DNA from: a virus
Lineage: Duplodnaviria; Caudoviricetes
Virus record (IMG/VR): IMGVR_UViG_3300031758_000088
Location: 1 to 58,443 of that record
Reading direction: 5' to 3' (one strand)
Length of the DNA stretch: 58,443 bases
A program made the position numbers and the translations under genes. Positions 54,291-58,443 of the stretch are shown here, in pieces (position 1 is the first letter of the stretch; each line of letters opens with the position of its first letter). The notes beneath the pieces were generated by a model that was not told the DNA's origin, did not search any database, and was given only the letters and a program-made list of their open reading frames with translations.

Positions 54291-54722
54291 ATGTTAGATT
54301 TTTTGAAAACAATCCCAGCACCCGAAAAAACTGCCGAGTTGAACATCTCCGAAATCCCGCAGGAGAACAATTCAAATTTCTCGATCTCGCAAAAAATTCG
54401 CGACTACAAAACCGCAAACCCAAATGCTTCTGTGAAGGAGATCGCTGAGGCCGCTGGAACATCCAAGCCGTATGTCTACCAAGTCTTGGGGCCATCTCCA
54501 AAAAAGGAGAAGAAGCCAAAGGAAAAGAAACCAGAGGCGCTTCTTGTCCCCAAGAGCAAGACAGAGGGTTTTGCGGTGGGTGTTACCCAGCCCCACTACT
54601 GGGTCATCTCTGCGCTGGCATCGGGCAGAAAGACAACCCGCACCGCCGTCCTTCAAGGAATCATCGACCAGTACATCCGTGATGTATTGACCGAGGCAAA
54701 CCCAAATGGCACTTCAGTTTGA
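54291..54722 (+). CDS. HTH DNA-binding protein
   Basis: NPNASVKEIAEAAGTSKPYVYQVL; possible C-terminal ribbon-helix-helix. Confidence 0.65.
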   Translation: MLDFLKTIPAPEKTAELNISEIPQENNSNFSISQKIRDYKTANPNASVKEIAEAAGTSKPYVYQVLGPSPKKEKKPKEKKPEALLVPKSKTEGFAVGVTQPHYWVISALASGRKTTRTAVLQGIIDQYIRDVLTEANPNGTSV

Positions 54723-55098
54723 AGCACGAAAGGTGGCGTTGAAACAAGACCGCACAGGTTTTGTCTTGACGCTGGCAATCCACCCTGACGAGTGCCCAGA
54801 AGAGATTCTGCGTGACTTCGTTGGGGCGAGATACGGTTGTGCGCTGGTGCGGATTCAAGATGACGAGTCCGCTACCCCGTACAACAACAGGGTTCAGAAG
54901 GCAGGGATGCTCTGCAAAGAACCCAAGTTCCATGACTTCCTCGAGGTCAACACGGAAAACGAGGCAGCGGTAGAGCTGTGTAAACGATGCGGCGTCGAAA
55001 GCCGCACCGAGCTGCACGGCAATGAAGTGGCCAAGCAAATCTTTGACGATCTGGTCAAGGAATACGAAACATACAAATGGCCAGACGATCCGTTTTAA
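54706..55098 (+). CDS. Hypothetical protein
   Basis: AGMLC..P.F..FL..CGVESR.EL. Confidence 0.7.
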   Translation: MALQFEARKVALKQDRTGFVLTLAIHPDECPEEILRDFVGARYGCALVRIQDDESATPYNNRVQKAGMLCKEPKFHDFLEVNTENEAAVELCKRCGVESRTELHGNEVAKQIFDDLVKEYETYKWPDDPF

Positions 55099-55108
55099 GG
55101 GAAAGAAA

Positions 55109-55432
55109 ATGACATTCTCAACAAACTACAAACCATTCATGACATACCTTGAGCCCAAGGACATCGTCAGACTCAAGCGCTTTTCCAAGGCCCACAAGAT
55201 GCCGATGACTCAGATTGTGCGGGAGGGCATTGATGCTCGGCTGTCTTCTGGCAATCAGTACACCAGCGGTTTCAACGAGGGGCTTCTGAAGGCCATCAAG
55301 ATCGTTGGCGGTATCGAGGCGGCTCAGATGCGATTCCCCTCAGGGCTCTCCTTCTTTGAGTTGGTGGAACAAGAGGTCAGCAAGGGCCTGATGCGAGAGG
55401 GGGTTGATCATGAAGCTGACGGGCAATCGTAA
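55109..55432 (+). CDS. Ribbon-helix-helix-like protein
   Basis: YL......L...S......M.QIVREGID. Confidence 0.6.
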   Translation: MTFSTNYKPFMTYLEPKDIVRLKRFSKAHKMPMTQIVREGIDARLSSGNQYTSGFNEGLLKAIKIVGGIEAAQMRFPSGLSFFELVEQEVSKGLMREGVDHEADGQS

Positions 55433-55679
55433 TCAATGCCAAGCATGTAAACAGTACTTCAACAGCAACTCTGCGTTTGATATGCATCGCACAGGAGAGC
55501 ACGGCGTCAACCGCCGTTGCAGGACACCGGAAGAAATGACGGCTCTTGGGATGCTGGTCAATCACGCAGGATTTTGGATAACGGAGCAATATCATGGACA
55601 CATGGACAAGCGAGAAGTTGAGCAATCAGAATCCGACGATGGTGATTCCAACGAGGAGTATCACGAGCCCAAAATTTAA
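55410..55679 (+). CDS. FDxHR-type zinc-binding protein
   Basis: CQAC..F....AFDMHR.G....RRC. Confidence 0.75.
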   Translation: MKLTGNRNQCQACKQYFNSNSAFDMHRTGEHGVNRRCRTPEEMTALGMLVNHAGFWITEQYHGHMDKREVEQSESDDGDSNEEYHEPKI

Positions 55680-55800
55680 ATGGCTCGACGCATCGAAGAC
55701 GGACGTAACAAAAACATGGCGCAAGGCAAGACTGCTTATGCGTTTAAATGGAGCAGCGTATGAAGGCCGTACTCGAGTTCAACTATCCACAGGATACTGA
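55639..55800 (+). CDS. Small hypothetical protein
   Basis: FKW..A..TDV..TW.KAR motif. Confidence 0.5.
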   Translation: MVIPTRSITSPKFKWLDASKTDVTKTWRKARLLMRLNGAAYEGRTRVQLSTGY

Positions 55801-55966
55801 GAAGTGCCGTAGAGCAATCCACGCAGATGAAGCGTTTGACACACTGTGGCAGATAAAGCAACGTGTAAACAAACGCTTCACTCACAAATCTGATCTCGAA
55901 GATGTACTGCGGTATGTCCAACAGATTACTGATGACGCACTGAAGATTTCAGGAGAAGACGTATGA
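55760..55966 (+). CDS. Hypothetical protein
   Basis: GGAG SD; MKAVLEF..P.D. Confidence 0.65.
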   Translation: MKAVLEFNYPQDTEKCRRAIHADEAFDTLWQIKQRVNKRFTHKSDLEDVLRYVQQITDDALKISGEDV

Positions 55967-56391
55967 GCAAAGAAGCAATGAAGCTGGCGCTAGAGGCGTT
56001 GGAATCGTGTGGTGCGGCCCACATAACCGATGGAGGCCGCCAGTGGTATGACGAAAAACTAGTGGACACAGCCTACGCCGCCCTGCGAGAAGCACTGGCA
56101 GAGCAGCCAGCACAGCAGGAGCCGAAATGCGGGGCAATCATCGAAGTGTTCGGCAAGGACTGGCGGCTTGACTACATGTCGCTTCCAGTCGGCAAACACA
56201 AACTCTATACCCAGCAGTGCACCTACACCGCGCCAGCACAGCGCACATGGGTTGGGTTGAGTGATGAGGCCATTTGGCTGGAATACCAAAAGTTCTGGCC
56301 GTTTCATCCGGCAGAGGAGCCAACCTTGGCTAAGGATATTGCCAAGTTTGCCAAAGCCATCGAAGCCAAACTCAAAGAAAGGAACACATAA
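55963..56391 (+). CDS. Mosaic accessory protein
   Basis: ALEALE..QQEP..QRTWVGL..FA.AIEAKLKERNT modules. Confidence 0.7.
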   Translation: MSKEAMKLALEALESCGAAHITDGGRQWYDEKLVDTAYAALREALAEQPAQQEPKCGAIIEVFGKDWRLDYMSLPVGKHKLYTQQCTYTAPAQRTWVGLSDEAIWLEYQKFWPFHPAEEPTLAKDIAKFAKAIEAKLKERNT

Positions 56392-56825
56392 TGTTTTACG
56401 GACAATGTTGGAAATGCGGAGAGCGCTGGGAGCTTGGCACAGCATCAACTTGCCAGTGCCCTGAAGAGCTACCCACATACACATTCAAGCAGTCATCGGA
56501 ATTACCAATCACCCTACTTGAAATGAAGCCAAACTACAACATGACATTTCACCATGATGGAAAACAAATCGGTGTGCTGGACTTCAACGGGCCAGTGATG
56601 GTGTTCACTGGCGATGCAGACGAGAGTGCCAAGGTGTTCTTTGACTTCATTGCCGGATGGTTCAAAGGGCGGCTGGAGCAGGAGAGGGCTGACGAGCGTG
56701 AGGCGTGTGCGATGGTGTGTGATGACTTGCCCCTTCCACCGGATGTAGCGCGAAGCGACGCATCAATTTGGGAAGTCGCAACTCTTGATTGCGCCGAGGC
56801 CATCCGAGCAAGGAGCAACACATGA
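56391..56825 (+). CDS. Mosaic accessory protein
   Basis: CxxC N-terminus; EREACA..AIRAR C-module. Confidence 0.7.
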   Translation: MFYGQCWKCGERWELGTASTCQCPEELPTYTFKQSSELPITLLEMKPNYNMTFHHDGKQIGVLDFNGPVMVFTGDADESAKVFFDFIAGWFKGRLEQERADEREACAMVCDDLPLPPDVARSDASIWEVATLDCAEAIRARSNT

Positions 56826-57022
56826 AAAAGTTCAGCAGCGACTACATCGCCGTTGGTATTTCAAGTTACGAAGAAGGGTTAGGCCAAGGAGTGGTCGTCC
56901 GCATTGACAGCATGGGTCACTTTATTCTCAACGAGAACTTGGCCCGTAAATTGGCTGACGACATTTTGCGCAACGCCAATTACCTCTGGCCCGTAAACGA
57001 AGAAACGCAGGAGAGCGCATGA
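56822..57022 (+). CDS. Hypothetical protein
   Basis: AGGAG SD; ATGA overlaps. Confidence 0.6.
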   Translation: MKKFSSDYIAVGISSYEEGLGQGVVVRIDSMGHFILNENLARKLADDILRNANYLWPVNEETQESA

Positions 57023-57261
57023 ACACCAAAACATTTGAGGCCATCGAAAAACTCAAGGACGTTGAGCTTGAGTTGCACCGCTTGAAGAACGCGCTTGAGA
57101 TGGCGAACAAAGCGCTGGACGCACAGCGCACATGGGTTGGGCTGACTGATAAAGAGCGCAACAATCTGTGGCGAGAAATCATAGGGTGGGGCGACCCATC
57201 GCATGACGACGAAGATTTAATGAAAGCCATCGAAGACGCATCAAGGAGAAAGAACACATGA
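57019..57261 (+). CDS. Mosaic accessory protein
   Basis: QRTWVGLT..AIE module. Confidence 0.65.
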   Translation: MNTKTFEAIEKLKDVELELHRLKNALEMANKALDAQRTWVGLTDKERNNLWREIIGWGDPSHDDEDLMKAIEDASRRKNT

Positions 57262-57968
57262 CCACTCAACTTGTTCGTGACTCTATGAAGCTGATGGCTG
57301 ATGCTGGCGTGGACATTGTGGACATCAAATGGTTTGACCTGTCTGGTGCGTTCACTGACAAGCAACGCGCCAACCTTGAACCTGTGATGACGCATCGCCC
57401 ACCATTCGACAAATGTTTTGTCACTTGGAGGGGAAAGACTCGCAGCCACCCAAGCTATGAGGTTCTGATGCTCGTAGCAGGGACCGACCCTGATGAGGGC
57501 ATCACGGTGTCTATGTGGAAAGGCCCAAGCGGCACAAAGCTGCGCCCCATCCCTGCGATGTTCTACTTTATTGAGGATGACAACATCCGTTACGGCGCAG
57601 TCAGTGATGATGAGCCGATAGACAGGGAACTGGCTGAGATCATGCTGGCGCAGATTGGTGTTTGGTACAGCGCCATGGACCAGCGCATTGAGGCTTACAT
57701 CCCATCTATGCGGGACACCTTCACCAACCGCCGTAAGGTGCAGCAGGGCAAGCTGCCGACTTACGACTGGACGACGGTGTGGATTGAGCCATCCAAGCCC
57801 CGCCAAGACCCCAAAGGGGGTACACACGCATCACCCCGCCTGCATGAGCGCAGGGGCCATCTGAGGAGGCTAAAAACGGGAAAGAACGTCTGGGTCAAGT
57901 CCTGCAAGGTGGGTGACGCAAGCAAGGGGGCAATATTTCACGACTACGCAATTAAGGAGCAACAATGA
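57258..57968 (+). CDS. Hypothetical protein with PRxHxRRGHxR motif
   Basis: HASPRLHERRGHLRRL..G..VWV....VG. Confidence 0.75.
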   Translation: MTTQLVRDSMKLMADAGVDIVDIKWFDLSGAFTDKQRANLEPVMTHRPPFDKCFVTWRGKTRSHPSYEVLMLVAGTDPDEGITVSMWKGPSGTKLRPIPAMFYFIEDDNIRYGAVSDDEPIDRELAEIMLAQIGVWYSAMDQRIEAYIPSMRDTFTNRRKVQQGKLPTYDWTTVWIEPSKPRQDPKGGTHASPRLHERRGHLRRLKTGKNVWVKSCKVGDASKGAIFHDYAIKEQQ

Positions 57969-58034
57969 TCTACGCACTGATCGCCGTGCTGATTGCACAG
58001 GCTGTTTACACCTACGTTGTGGCTGGAGGTTCGC

Positions 58035-58283
58035 ATGAAAACAGTGATTGAGATGGCGCGTGAGGCTGGATTGTTGTATCACATTCCTTTTCCTAGCGAC
58101 AGCCACGTTGCTGTTGCGTTGCACCGCTTTGCCAATCTTGTCCGTGCTGACGAGCGTGAGGCGTGTGCGAAGGTGTTGGATGAAATGGCAGAAGATATGG
58201 AGCGAGAGATGGAGCCGAGCACCGCAATCGCATATGTTCGTAGTAAAGCCGCAACTATCCGAGCAAGAGGAGAAACTAAATGA
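58035..58283 (+). CDS. Mosaic accessory protein
   Basis: GGAGG SD; MAREAG..FA.LV.ADEREACA..IRARG. Confidence 0.65.
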   Translation: MKTVIEMAREAGLLYHIPFPSDSHVAVALHRFANLVRADEREACAKVLDEMAEDMEREMEPSTAIAYVRSKAATIRARGETK

Positions 58284-58443
58284 GCAAACTGAAATCACTG
58301 ACATTTGATGAGTACAAAGTAGCGGCCAAGGCCACACTGAACGAGGCCGCTGACGAGGAGCCTGATGCTGTCATTGTGCTGATGTTCCACCGGGGGACGG
58401 GGCAATTCAAAATCAAATGCTCCAAGGTCGAGAACCGACTTGA
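58280..58443 (+). CDS. Hypothetical protein (partial, runs off window)
   Basis: GAGGAG SD; MSKLKSLTFDEYK. Confidence 0.55.
   Translation, partial: MSKLKSLTFDEYKVAAKATLNEAADEEPDAVIVLMFHRGTGQFKIKCSKVENRL

Overview
A 58 kb segment of a tailed dsDNA phage with a podovirus-type virion module. E. coli-type SOS boxes and DnaA boxes suggest a beta/gamma-proteobacterial host (inference). The minus strand from ~42.2 kb to 1 carries terS, a stand-alone LexA-type DNA-binding gene, terL, portal, a GroES-like co-chaperonin, scaffold, capsid, a glycosyltransferase, small basic proteins, adaptors, a GIY-YIG homing endonuclease, tail fibre, holin/GH108 lysin and ejection proteins. It ends in a >2,179-aa polyvalent protein that the ORF track misses because it runs off the left edge. 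From ~42.9 kb come early genes (SprT-like protease, AAA+/VWA pair), a convergent primase-helicase operon, RusA, a nuclease/annealase/SSB module and many small accessory genes. I found no DNA polymerase, integrase, tRNA or CRISPR array. The most unusual signals are: (1) a non-coding hub at 42.19-42.72 kb with tandem SOS boxes and 8 DnaA boxes; (2) about 39 copies of GTTTAMAC, several inside promoters; (3) the polyvalent protein, with [KR][FY]SL linkers and two apparently overprinted small genes; (4) a leaderless mini-LexA with a candidate operator; (5) several candidate structured RNAs and repeated hairpin cassettes. All product calls come from motif recognition by eye; no database searches were run.
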